The notes under the pieces: model-generated
What the model was told of the DNA's origin: nothing
The model's database searches: none
What the model saw: the letters and a program-made list of their open reading frames with translations, nothing else
Assembly (NCBI GenBank): GCA_002269645.1
Contig: NIVC01001355.1
Coordinates: 243,433 to 307,432 of the forward strand
Direction of reading: 5' to 3'
DNA from: Macrostomum lignano
Lineage: Eukaryota
DNA: 64,000 bases
Part shown: one piece after another, positions 10,265 through 22,810 of the stretch
Position numbering within the stretch: position 1 is the first letter of the stretch
Layout of the letters: every line of letters begins with the position of its first letter
Translations under genes and position numbers: made by a program

Positions 10265-13200
10265 ATGACTAAGCTCCACGCTGCCAAAGGAGCGACATTC
10301 TGTCTGCAAATTAATTTACAGCATTGCGTATCTGCGTCAGTAAATCTGATGAAGATTGCTGAGCTGTACAGGCCAGGCCTCATCCTGATCCAGGAACCCT
10401 GGATGCGCAACGGTAAGTTGCCAACATTCCCTCTGGCTACTCTGATTTTTATGTGTGTGGCCCGGGGAACAGCCGCCCTAGAGCGGCTATCCTCGCTGCT
10501 AGCCATCTCCAGGCTTGGCTGAGGACTGATCTCTCTGATGGAGACCTTTGCGTCATCCAATCTAATCATCTCTCTCCGCGTACGTGTCTTGTTGCCTCGG
10601 TTTATATCCCAGGCGACAGAGACCCTGCTCCCGAGAGTTTACTGCACCTTGCGCAGTACTGCGAGTCCCAGAACGCTGAGCTGTGCTTAGGGGGCGACCT
10701 CAACGCGCACCACAAGCACTGGGGCAGCAAAGATACCAACACTAGAGGAGAGGAGCTTCTGGCCCTCATCTCTAACACAAACCTCATGCTCTGCAACCGC
10801 GGCAGCACTCCTACCTTTAATAATGGCAGATGGACCGAGGTCCTCGACGCCACACTCGTTACCCCAAGACTCTTTGACAGAGTTGAGGAGTGGAGAGTCT
10901 GGTCTGAGGAGCCCTCCCTGTCTGACCACTGCTTTATCGCCTTTAACATCGCGGACACTAAAACCCAGTCTCCGATCACTTGGAGGCGCAATATCCGCAA
11001 CACTGATTAGGCGGCCTACAAGGCTGCCCTTGATCTGCACCTGCAGGAACTCACGGACTTACGTCCGATTGAGACCTGCGAGGATGTGGATCATATGGCT
11101 GAGACGCTGACAGGTTGCATTATTGCAGCCTACGAAGCGGCTTGTCCTGCTCGCGCCTACAAAGGCAAGACCTCGGCGCCGTGGTGGAACCCGGAGCTGG
11201 GGAAACTCAGGCGGAAGGCCAAAAGCCTTCATCGCCGTGCCATGAAGACCGGAAACCCGGAGGACATGGAGCTTTTCCGGCAAGCCTCCCGCAATTTCAA
11301 ATCTGAAGTGCGCAAGGCCAAGGAATGTAAGTGGCGCCAATTCTGCTATGAATTGGATCAAGACAGACCTACTTCTAGGCTTGTCAAGGCCCTTACAATG
11401 GACAAAATGTCCAAATTAGCCATGATCAAAAAAGATGATGGCTCTCTTACTAAAGACCCTGAAAAAGTGCTTCAGCATATGCTTAGCACATTCTTCCCGA
11501 GGGTACCTACTGCTAGACCGGAGCCCAACCATTCGATGGATGGAGCCACCCTAGCGGCGGGCATTGTCACTGAAGACCTAATCGCTCGTGCGGTCAGAAC
11601 CTTCAAACCCTTCAAATATCCTGGACCTGATGGTATCTACCCTGTTCTCCTTCGTGAAGCAGCCAAGATACCCTCGTTCCTGAGACTCACCCGCAATCTT
11701 ATGCGGGCCTCTATCCAGCTGGGATACGTTCCCAAATGCTGGACTGAAGCTCGGGTAGTCTTTATTCCCAAACCTGGGAAGGGTGACTACCAAAGCGTCA
11801 AGGCCTTCCGGCCTATTAGCTTAACGTCAGCAATGCTTAAGCTCACTGAGAGGCTTATTCTCTGGCGGCTGCTGTCCTGCGAGCTGACAGCGATGCCCCT
11901 CAACAATAATCAGCACGCCTTCCGTACCGGGAGGTCGACTGACAGCGCCCTGCATGCGATTGTCGAGAAGATTGAACGGGCGGTACTGGGTGACGGTTAC
12001 GCCCTGGCTCTCTTTCTTGACATTGTTGGCGCCTTCGACAACGTTATCTTTGAAGCGTTTCAGAGGGCCCTTCAAAATCGCAAAGCTCATGCTACCCTCA
12101 TACGGTGGATCATGTACATGATCTCCAACCGTACGGTCACTGCCCAACTTCTTGGGCAAACTGCCTCCACCAGAGTCTGTAAGGGTGGACCCCAAGGCGG
12201 AGTCCTCACCCCGACGCTCTGGAACCTGGTCATGGACGCTCTTCTGAGTGACTCCCGACCCGACCCCGTCTTCAAAGTCGGGTATGCTGATGACGTCACG
12301 GCCATTGTGGCAGGACCGTCTCCCAGCACGCTCAGGGATCTGATGCAGAGCTTTATCTGCAAAGCAGAATCCTGGGCCAATGACAATGGTCTGAAACTCT
12401 CTGAGCCCAAAACCGTTGCCATTATGTTTACCAGCAGACTACGCTGGAACATACGTCCTCTGCAGCTCTACGGCAGAGATATTGCCTTCGTGCACCAGAC
12501 CAGATGTATCGGGGTCACACTTGACCACCGGCTCAACTGGTCCTTCCACGTGAAAGCAAAAGCCAAGCGTGCCTCAGCCATCCTGGCCCAGCTCCGACGA
12601 GCACTTGGCACTTCTTGGGGTCTATCCCCAAAGCGGCTTTGGTGGATCTACACTTCCGTAGTTAGACCTGCCATTACGTACGCCTCGGTTGTCTGGGTTA
12701 GCGCTACCCAGGTCAAAAGCCATGCAGACCTGCTCAACACGATCCAAGGCAGAGCGTGTAGGCTCATCTGCAACGCCACCAGGTCCACGCCCTTTGCTGG
12801 CATGGGGGCCTTCCTTAATCTACCGCCTCTTGACCTCTTCGTCAGGGGTGAGGCGGCTAGAACGACGCGGCGTCTAATTGATGCCGGCGTCAAATTCATT
12901 TACATGAGAGCACCTGCTAAGCGGAACCTTGTCCCGCATAGCGACCTGTGCCTCAACTTTCTCAACGAGTGTCAGGCCAATCGCGTCTTCACCGATGGCA
13001 TTGCCTCAACGCTCAACCTGAGACAGCGCTACTCCGTAGCTATCGACTCGCGCGATAACATCAATGACCAATGGAACCTTGGTAAGCTTCATTGCTACAC
13101 CGACGTTTCTAAGCAGTCAGCCAACACCGGCTTTGGTGTTGGAATCTTTCTGAACGGGAGGGTCATCGCTACCCACGCTCAATACACTGGGGTCAACTCC

Positions 13201-14031
13201 AGTGTTTTCCAAAATGAAGTTCTGGCCATCAGCTCCTGCACTGCAGAGCTTCTCGCCACTGGCGTTATTGGCAAGAACATCATTTTCCATTCGGACAGCC
13301 AAGCTGCCTTGCACGCCATCAGTGGCTGCAGCACCAACTCTGCTACAGTCCTCGACTGTATCAAACTCCTCAACGTGTTGGGTTCCGCCAACAAAATTAC
13401 CCTTAAGTGGGTTCCGGGGCATGTGGGGATCCGAGGAAATGAGCTGGCTGACACCCTTGCAAAAGTTGGTGCCTCCGGCTCCTCTCTCGGCCCCGAACCT
13501 CTTGTCCCGATTCCTGGCTGTGCCATCGACTCGCGCATCAAAGCGTGGATCAGGACTCAGCACCGCTCGACTTGGGCGAACCGCACGAACTGCAGGCAAT
13601 CCAGAGGCGCTGTCCCTCAGCCCTCTCACCAGCTCCGGAAGCTCCTCTTGCGCCTCTCGCGCAGAGACATCCGGGCTGCCACCATGACCCTCTCTGGTCA
13701 CGGCTGCTTCTCCAGGCACCAGTACCTGCAGGGCAACGCCACCAACGCCACCTGTAGTTTCTGCAACTCAGGTGACGAAACCACTGAGCATTTCGTCAGC
13801 ATCTGTCCCGCCTTCACGCGGTCCAGACTCACTTACCTCGGGCCACACACATATATTACTGAAGCGTGCAAACCCGAAAACTTTAATGAGCTCATGCGCT
13901 ACCTTCGGGCCACCCGCAGGGCTGAACTCTCCTTTCCAGAGAGCACTATAGCTGCTGGCGACACTGGGGGGACCTCCCTGGGCGGCGCCAACCCTCCGTC
14001 CATAGCGACGCGTCGGCCGTTCAGGGATTAG
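10265..14031 (+). CDS. LINE ORF2: APE endonuclease (frameshifted), reverse transcriptase, RNase H, C-terminal CCHC finger
   Basis: APE motifs QINLQH, IQEPW, GDLNAHH and SDH. RT motifs RPISL, LDIVGAFDN, QGGVLTP and YADD. RNase H motifs YTD, NE, SDSQAAL and WVPGHVGIRGNELAD. CSFC...H...C finger. The 981-aa ORF 11086-14031 is uninterrupted. Confidence 0.93.
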
Positions 14032-14414
14032 CGGAATGGGCGCCCGCGGCTTTCCGCTGTGTCCCCTCTGGGACAGCCCTGCAGCTAAGTCAAAGTAAGT
14101 CAAGTCCGTTTTCTTGTTGCCAACTTTAATCTCGCGCATAAGTTAGTTTTTTGTCACATTAGTTTTTGTCTTTATATACTACATTATTTTAATTTGCGAA
14201 AAAATGATGTTATTAATCATCAGAATAATGTTTTCCTTTAAAATATAAATCAGGAAGTAAACAGTAGTTTTTGCATAGGCCAAACAATGAGCAATTTATT
14301 ACTATTAATGCTACTTCTACTACTACTACTGTAAATTTTGTGTATGTTCTCTAAGTTTAATATATCGCATCGGTTGCCATAAAGCCACAAAAATTTTTTA
14401 AATTTAATTCCGCG

Positions 14415-14674
14415 TTTGGGCCTTTTCATATTGCTTGTTCTGGTTCCAGAACCAGAACCAATTTGTGAAGTATAACTTTTTGTCTCCATAACTAGAGGAA
14501 GATACGTGCGATAAAGTTTTTTTTATTGAATGACAATCGCCAAGAAGAAAGTAAAAAATTGTGCTAAGTGAGGTTGTTAAGGCAGTCAAACATTCAATAG
14601 AATTAAATAGTTATACTGCTGTTTTTCTTGGAAGATCCGAACCGATTCTGATTCTGGAATTGGTAATATGAAAA
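14415..14674. repeat. Unclassified dispersed segment duplicated at 18700-19015; target of the Foldback insertion
   Basis: Alignable blocks TTTTCATATTG.TTGTTCTGGTTC.AGAACCAGA, GTGCTAAGT.AGG and ATAGTTATACTGCT...GAAGATCC occur in both places. Confidence 0.8.
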
Positions 14675-17326
14675 ACTATTCATTTCCCGATTGACATTCA
14701 GATTCACATTCAAATTTTAACAAAGCCGCTGTAACTTTTCTTTACTTAAACGAAACGCTTTAAAATTTTACAAAAACTTTGACGCAATCAAGAAAAAAAA
14801 CTACGTAAAATATCTCGGCATTTAAAAATAGACTGTACAAATTATTCACATATAAAGTTTGTTCCTATCTCCTTAGTGTATTATTTTGCAACTCAACAAA
14901 ACGGCTTAAAATACACGCAGAGCTACGAAACTTTATTTTTCTCTTGACGCACGCGAGATGCGTTGGCAAGTCAAAAATCAGCACCCTAGCTTAAAGCCTG
15001 TACGAGTTATTCACCTGCAAACTGTGTTCCTATCTCCGTAGTGTATTTTGGGGGTCCAGCTTGACATTCGCTGACAGACACTTCTACTCAACGCAGAGCT
15101 ACGAAACTTTATTTTTCTCTTGACGCATGCGAGATGCGTTGGCAAGTCAAAAATCAGCACCCTAGCTTAAAGCCTGTACGAGTTATTCACCTGCAAACTG
15201 TGTTCCTATCTCCGTAGTGAATTTTGGGGGTCCAGCTTGACATTCGCTGACAGACACTTCTACTCAACGCAGAGCTACGAAACTTTATTTTTCTCTTGAC
15301 GCATGCGAGATGCGTTGGCAAGTCAAAAATCAGCACCCTAGCTTAAAGCCTGTACGAGTTATTCACCTGCAAACTGTGTTCCTATCTCCGTAGTGTATTT
15401 TGGGGGTCCAGCTTGACATTCGCTGACAGACACTTCTACTCAACGCAGAGCTACGAAACTTTATTTTTCTCTTGACGCATGCGAGATGCGTTGGCAAATA
15501 AAAAATCTGCACCCTAGCTTAAAGCCTGTACGAGTTATTCACCTGCAAACTGTGTTCCTATCTCTGTAGTGTATTTTGGGGGTCCAGCTTGACATTCGCT
15601 GACAGACACTTCTACTCAACGCAGAGCTACGAAACTTTATTTTTCTCTTAACGCATGCGAGATGCGTTGGCAAGTCAAAAATCAGCACCCTAGCTTAAAG
15701 CCTGTATGAGTTATTCTAGTATTAGAGACTGTACGAGATTACAGTATTTACGCTTTCCGCCTCTGTAGTCTGGACAGTGACTAAGATTCAGGGAATTCAT
15801 CTAATGGGAAACATATGACGGGATAGAAAGTTCACAAATTCGGCTCTGGTCATAGCTGGGTCACCCACCTGAGCCTTAAAAATAATTTCTGTACGGACCC
15901 CCTGCCACACATCCCTTAATGAGCACGCATCGCATCACTTTTACGCTGCTTAAGTGGGGTCCTCATGATCGGGAGTTGTTTGAGCCATCTGGTGTAGCCC
16001 GGAAGTCGAAAACGGGACTCATTGGGAGTCTGCTACACCATGCAGCCATGCAGAAGACTTTTTAAACAGTGGATCCTCTTTCTGTGAATGATGAAGAGGT
16101 GACCGGACATTTTGTCAACCAGCATTTTGTCAACCGGCAGTTCGTCAACCAGACATTACGGCAACTCAGCAAATTGTAGCTGATAATTATATAGCTCTGC
16201 ACCAGCCAGAGAAGTGGTAATGCGATGTCAAAGAGGATGTGAACTTAAGCGCGATTTGGATGCCGTGAGTCCAGCAACCAAACCGCTGCGAAATTCTCAC
16301 TATTCAGACCCAAAATAGACAAGAAAAGTGTAATTGATCTTTCTTCCACTCCGGCCGCTTCCGCATGGGATAAATGGGGAAAATGGGGATTTCATGTGAA
16401 CTTAAGGCTCTGAAATGGAAGTGGTGGCCGATTGAGCTGGTTTCTCTATCGGATCTCTCTACTGGACCGACAATGAGAGAAGAATCGTTGAAAACCGATC
16501 TCTCTATCATTTGGTCTCCCTGAATGGGATAAATGGGGAAAATAGGGATTTCATGTGAACCTAAAGCTCAAAGAATCCAGTATCGGCTGAGGATCGCCCC
16601 TTTCACGGAAAACTGACTGCTATTGAGTCAAATACCAGTAGGCTGGCTACGCTTTTCCGCTTTTCTGTCGAGTCGGCTAGATGTCATTATCGACAACTGT
16701 ATTGCCAAATACAACCGCTCGCACATTGGATTCCCTGAATGTTAGTCACTGTCCAGACTACAGAGGCGGAAAGCGTAAATACTGTAATCTCGTACAGTCT
16801 CTAATACTAGAATAACTCATACAGGCTTTAAGCTAGGGTGCTGATTTTTGACTTGCCAACGCATCTCGCATGCTTTAAGAGAAAAATAAAGTTTCGTAGC
16901 TCTGCGTTGAGTAGAAGTGTCTGTCAGCGAATGTCAAGCTGGACCCCCAAAATACACTACGGAGATAGGAACACAGTTTGCAGGTGAATAACTCGTACAG
17001 GCTTTAAGCTAGGGTGCTGATTTTTGACTTGCCAACGCATCTCGCATGCGTCAAGAGAAAAATAAAGTTTCGTAGCTCTGCGTGTATTTTAAGCCGTTTT
17101 GTTGAGTTGCAAAATAATACACTAAGGAGATAGGAACAAACTTTATATGTGAATAATTTGTACAGTCTATTTTTAAATGCCGAGATATTTTACGTAGTTT
17201 TTTTTCTTGATATTGCGTCAAAGTTTTTGTAAAATTTTAAAGCGTTTCGTTTAAGTAAAGAAAAGTTACAGCGGCTTTGTTAAAATTTGAATGTGAATCT
17301 GAATGTCAATCGGGAAATGAATAAGT
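14675..17326. mobile_element. Non-autonomous Foldback/Mutator-like DNA transposon with long modular TIRs
   Basis: Left arm ~14675-15795 and right arm ~16728-17326 are inverted copies. 9-bp TSD ATATGAAAA at 14666-14674 and 17327-17335. No transposase ORF. Confidence 0.85.
14915..15715. repeat. 176-bp tandem repeat (about 4.5 units) in the left Foldback arm; about 1.5 units in the right arm
   Basis: Landmark CATTCG recurs at 15065, 15241, 15417 and 15593. Confidence 0.93.
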
Positions 17327-18649
17327 ATATGAAAAGTGAGGTGGGGGTGGAGAAGGGACTCTTTCTTGCACGGTTGTTTTGAATTTGCAGACACCAGTGA
17401 GGTGGGGCGGATTCCTCGTTTGAATTGCCGCCGGCGTTGAGTTCGCACGAATAAAACCGGAAAAACGCGCAGACGAATCACAACGAAATTTCTTCTCCTG
17501 TTTTACTCCGACAGCCGGGTTCTCAAGTCCGGGGGGAGGGTAGTCGTAATCGTAGCGGAGCGGTCGTTAGCGGCGCGGTCGTTCAAAGCGGTGAAACACC
17601 GGAGATTTCTGACTCCGAAAATTGATGCGTCGGGTATCTGAACTCGTTACTTTCAGTAGGGTAGTTGCTGCCACCACCGTAATTTACGTATTACGGAACG
17701 AATAAGTCTCAGAGCTTTCTTTGAGACTGAGAACTTTGGTTATTTTACGCCCCACGGGCAAATGACTCAAGAGAATACTATGGCCTTGGATTAGTGAATA
17801 AATATAGTTAATTTTTTGGAATTTATTAGATTGACTTATTTCGAGCAGGCTGGATAATAAGATAATTATTACACGACACTACACGGATGAGACGCGGGCC
17901 GAGGTCGAAAATGTTTCGACTGGGCTTAAACGAGCAGAAAACTGTAGCACTAAATTTAAACGGTAGTAGAAAAATAGTAGAAGGAGCAGTAGCAGAAGCA
18001 GGGGGAAGGGTGGGTAGGTAGGTTGGTTTTTGAAACAGTCATGTAATTCATCGCTTTAAATAAAGGGGAATGAACAGTCACGCAGTGGGGACAGAGGCTG
18101 GGCATGCACAGTGGGAGAGAAAAACACGTAAAAGGGGCGGCTTAAACACATAGAAAAAACAAAATTACGACACACATCCAACTCCGTGTAAGCAGTACAC
18201 GTTGCAGGTAAAGACAGAAACCAACATCCGGAGTGATGTCACTCCAATGAAGGGGAAACGCAGCGGTTCGCCATGCACATGCAAAAAATTAAACCTGCCA
18301 AATTCCAGTCTTCGCATCTTCGTGGCAACCCGCCTGCCACTAAAGCCTGTTTGAGTAAGTGCGGTATTTAGAGTAAAAAATAAGTGTACAGGGTACTACG
18401 TCCACTCCAACGCAGAATAAAGTTTGCACATCGTCTATGTTATTTAAACTATGATATATACATTTCATTTTGCAGAAGTGCTTGCTAAAAGTGAAATAAA
18501 AAGGATTTACTACAATCAAAATCAATAGCACTGACAGTGACATTGACATTGACAGAGAGTGAGACTGTTGTATCGAATTCTCATTGACAGCTTAGGGCAT
18601 CAACAAATTGAGGTCGCATTCACCACCAAAGATAGTTTTTTTGCAATCT

Positions 18650-19900
18650 TTTTGCTTTTTGTCATTTTGGGCGCCTTTATATCTACCCCTTAAGTCCTAA
18701 GGCTTTTTCATATTGATTGTTCTGGTTCTAGAACCAGATTAAAGTTGTAAAGTAGGCCTATAACTTTATGTCTCCTAAACTAGAAGAATACATGCTATAC
18801 ATTTTTAATTACTCATTATTGAATAGGAATAGGGGCCTACTACAAATACTATAGAATAGGCCTACAATAAAAAAGTTAAAAGTGTGCTAAGTAAGGCTAG
18901 GCCTATTTAGATAGTCAAAAATTCAACAAAGTTAACAAGGCCCACTATAGTTATACTGCTTTTTTTCTTTGAAGATCCAAACCAATTTTGGTTCTAGAAT
19001 TAGTAATGTGAAAAGCTTAAAAGTTAATTATATATAATATTACTATAGCAAAAGTTAAAGAAAAATTAGAAAATTAAACTTAACTTTAAAGTTATAAAAT
19101 ATATACATAAGACAAAACATTTAAAATTTGCTTTTAACTTTAAAAAAATTAAATGTGTTTTTATATTACATAACTGTATATTCTTTTTTATGGCTTATGT
19201 AACTAATAAAATTCTAGGGTATAAATTGTATAATAGTTTATGTCTTAATGCAAATCCTATCTTTGCTAAATATATATTAGTTTATACCAAAAAGGGTAAT
19301 AATTCACTTAAATATATATCAAAATTTTTCTTAAAAGGTTAATTTAACTTTATGAAATGATTTTGTAAGGTTTTGACAAAAATAAAAACTAGGCAATGGT
19401 TTTTAGGTTTGGAATATCAGATCTAGTGAGAAAACTTAAAGAAGAGTGTGTATTTGGTCTACGTTTATTTATAGTACTATAAGTTTTCATTTTTAGTATA
19501 TTTAGTACTATATAATATATTGCCAAAAATTTATAGAAGCTTTGATTCTTAAAACAAATTTTATTATATTTAATGTTTATATATAACATTACTATACAAA
19601 TGCAATATTAACTTTTATTAATCTCTTACTTTATTAAAGCTAAATAACTAAAGTTAACATTTAGTAAATTTAAAAAATTTCTAGAATAAAATTTCAATAT
19701 TATACTAAAAAAGAATTTTCTGGAAGTTTCTAAAATATCTAATTTATATGTATTTTCAAAATATAGATATGCAATAGCTATGTGCCACAATTGTTTTCCT
19801 TATAGGTAATAGAGTCCCTAAGTCCTAATCAATAAATAATGAAAATAATACAATATAATTGAAATGCATAATGAAAGAAAATTGAAAAATCCAATATCAA
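18650..19900. other. Extremely AT/TpA-rich, CpG-poor decayed sequence
   Basis: Composition is visible by eye. The left part is a mutated copy of 14415-14674. Confidence 0.7.
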
Positions 19901-19949
19901 TAATAATGGAAGCTATTGTCTTTGGTGAATCTTATATGGCATCCGCTCT

Positions 19950-22810
19950 TAGTCACCTGTCTTGGCTCTGTTGTAGTAAATGCAATGAGTAGATCCAGTG
20001 TTGGTGACACTAATGGCAAGTTGGATCCCATAGCTATTGGCAGTGTTAAGCTAGACTCAATTGCTAATATCTGTATTTTAGATGGCTATTAAAATGATGA
20101 CAGGTTCTTAGATTGATGCTGCTTAGTTGACCATATACTGTTGGCTTGTTGGGGTCCTTAGAATGCTTTTAAACAGTCAATAAAAACAGCTTCTTGGTGA
20201 CCTAGATGCATCTTTATAGTGAAAAATGTTGTCATCCTTTGGATGACTTGGTTGGAAGGAGCTTAGATAGGTGCTTTGAAAGGCTTGTGCACATAGTCCA
20301 TTCTTAGTCAGACTTTCTTGGCACTCAAAATGTCAGTTAGGATGTTACTGTTTTACTGTTAACAGTCTTACTGTTGTTGTGCTTGGGCATTGTTCATTCA
20401 ATGATGCTATCTATCTAGAGCTACAGAGTCTAAGGTTCAATTTCTTTTGTTGCCAATACTTGCGAATTCAGGGGGTGCTCACCCATGAGGCATGTAAATG
20501 GACTGACACCATTCTTGTCTAGATTAATGTGTATAGCAAGCAAAGTGAGCAGCAAACTGTCTAGCCAAGAAGATCCATGAGCTTTTAGAATGTTCTTTAG
20601 CATTCTGTGCACCTATTCAATATTCCTATTTGTCTACGGGCAATATGCTGTTATCCTCAGATAAAAGAAACTGACCTTGCTATCAAGGTACTTAAAGAGG
20701 TTCGCCTCAATTTGGGCTCCTTGATCTGTCACAATGTAGTGTGGCACTCTATATTGGGAAATCCAAGTAGCCAGGAAGGTGTTAGCAATGTTGGATACTA
20801 TGATCGACTTAAGCGGAGCAGCCTCAAACCAACTGGTATCCCAGTCAATCATTGTAAGCAGATACTTGGGTGTCAGGCTGCAGGAGACATTGTACTTGCA
20901 TTCTGGATTGGCAAAAGGCCAACAATGTCAATATAGACTATCTCCAGTTGGTTAGTAGGCAGGTCAAATGCTATGATACTAGAGATAGTGTGCTGGCTGA
21001 TCTTGGTACATTAAAAAGTCTTCAGGCTTGGCAGTAACTCTTGATGTTAAAGCATATGTTATGCCAATAATAGCGCAAAATTATTAAGGTAGGCTGTTTT
21101 GCAAAGGCCAAAGTGACCCAAGTAGTAGAAGTGTCAGATCAGTGACTATTGCATTGAATTTGGAATCACTGATTGTGAGTAGCTTGCCAATGTCTCAGAG
21201 CAGCAACCTATTGCCATCCACCAGGAAGATGCGACAGTTGTCAGATGGTTTTTTTTATTAGAGGCAGGGGGGTTGTGTGCACCCTGGCGCACTTTAAGCG
21301 ACATAGGCACACAACCGGCGAGAGGCATTACTGCCCATTCTGCCGACTCCCCTAAGCAGGCATACAAGCGCGCGGATATGTACGCAGGCACACACTCACA
21401 TAGGAGTGTACAGCGGCCCTAACTTTATATTATCGTTAGGCATGTACACTTCACTGCGCCTTGGGGGGGTTGGCTCTCAAGGCTGTTAATTGCACGAGCA
21501 GAGCCAAGCCAAGATTCCAATTCAGCCCCAAATTAATGTGACTGCACTTGGAATTGAGCCTGGGTTGCTGGCACACCAGAGCAGCTGCGCTACCGCTGGG
21601 CTATGGCCCCCCTTTGTCAGATGGTTACATTGTCTTCCTATTGCTACTAGTCTACAATGGCTAGGATATCAAATGGTGCTGCTGGTGGCTAGTTGGCATC
21701 CATATACCCAATGCTTACTCTGTTGGTATTGAGTATTGAGAGAGCAATTGCAACAATGTTGTTGGTGCCTCAGATGTAGCTGATATCTATTGACACTCCG
21801 TAATGACACTGAGGTAGCGCTGGTTCCTGTCTAATGTGCCATCTCTGCTGCTGTGGAATGCTTGAACCAAAGGCTTGTGGTCTTTGAAGACTGTCACATT
21901 GCATCCCGCAATCAAGCTCCAAAAGTGCAGCACTGTGAGATATTTGGCAAGCTCTTGATCCAATGCTAATTACTTCTACTGCGCAGCCATCAACTTCTTG
22001 CTAAAAAGGCCAATTGGTACCATATTCTTGTTAGATGCTTGATATAGAGTGGTGCCAATGCTAGTAGATGAAGTGTCTATTATTAGGCTATAAGATTTGC
22101 AATTTGGATCTGGGTATTAAAGCAGCATTTGCTCAGCCAGGCTCTCCTTGAGTAGCCTGAATGCCTCTTCATGGATTTTTCCATAGGTATATACTTGCAA
22201 TGAACATTGTGCCAATGTAATGAGGTCTTGAAGTGGTGCAGCGATATTAGGAAAGTGCAGGATAAAATGCCAATAAAAGCCAATGATGCCTAGGAATTAC
22301 CTTAACGCATTCATGTCCTTGGGTGCTAGCCACTATTGAATGGTATCTATCTTGGAGGCAAGCAGGTGGATGATGTCCCAGGAAAGTGACTTCTGGTTGC
22401 ATCAAAATGCATGTAGCCAGCTAAACCTTGAGGCCATAGTGACCCAATTGTGACAAGATAGCTTCTAGGTATTGCAAGTGCTCCTTTTCACTCGCAGATA
22501 CCACCAGAAGGTTGTCAATGTAACAGATGGCGAAAGGGAGTCTGTGGAGCACACCGTCAATAAATTGCTAGAATGTTTATGCTGTGCTTGTACACTTGTA
22601 CAACCTAAATGATATGACTGGCGGTCTTGTGGATATCTTCCTCAGCAATTGGGTTCTGATGGTAAACTCTTACCAGGTCTAGCTTCGAAAAGACTTTCGT
22701 ACCGTGCAGACTCCTCGTGAAGCACTGGATGTGAGAATTGGATACTTGTCTGGCTTGGTCAACCTGTTGAACTGCCGATAAGTCACCACAGGGACGCAGG
22801 GTCTCCACAG
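19950..22810 (-). pseudogene. Fossil Ty3/Gypsy pol (RT, RNase H region, integrase) with many stops; no LTRs recognised
   Basis: RT-like LHGTKVFSKLDLVRVYHQ.P.AEEDIHKTA and YIDN (22511-22522, from YIDD). Integrase-like W.EAAPLK...WISQY.VP..IVTDQGAQ.E...TAY.PQ.N. The 3' boundary is approximate. Confidence 0.85.
21251..21612 (-). mobile_element. SINE family A, full length, inserted in the Gypsy fossil
   Basis: TSD TTGTCAGATGGTT at 21238-21250 and 21614-21626. A/B-box head and AATAAAAAA tail. Confidence 0.9.

Larger units (their letters stand above)
8215..14104 (+). mobile_element. Full-length non-LTR retrotransposon (APE + RT + RNase H + CCHC; I-group, LOA/R1-like)
   Basis: TSD TCCGTTTTCTTG at 8203-8214 and 14105-14116. 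3' tail of AAGTC-like repeats. Two-ORF layout. Confidence 0.92.

Noticed and set aside
11059-13719. Antisense ORFs over LINE ORF2
   Set aside because: Expected shadow ORFs of a GC-rich coding strand, with no recognisable motifs.
14915-15715. Possible CRISPR-like array (regular repeats)
   Set aside because: The units are contiguous 176-bp tandem copies without unique spacers, the context is eukaryotic, and there are no cas genes.
17340-18640. Possible gene or promoter between the Foldback and the AT-rich block
   Set aside because: There are CpG-rich patches, but no credible ORF, spliced model or recognisable RNA motif.
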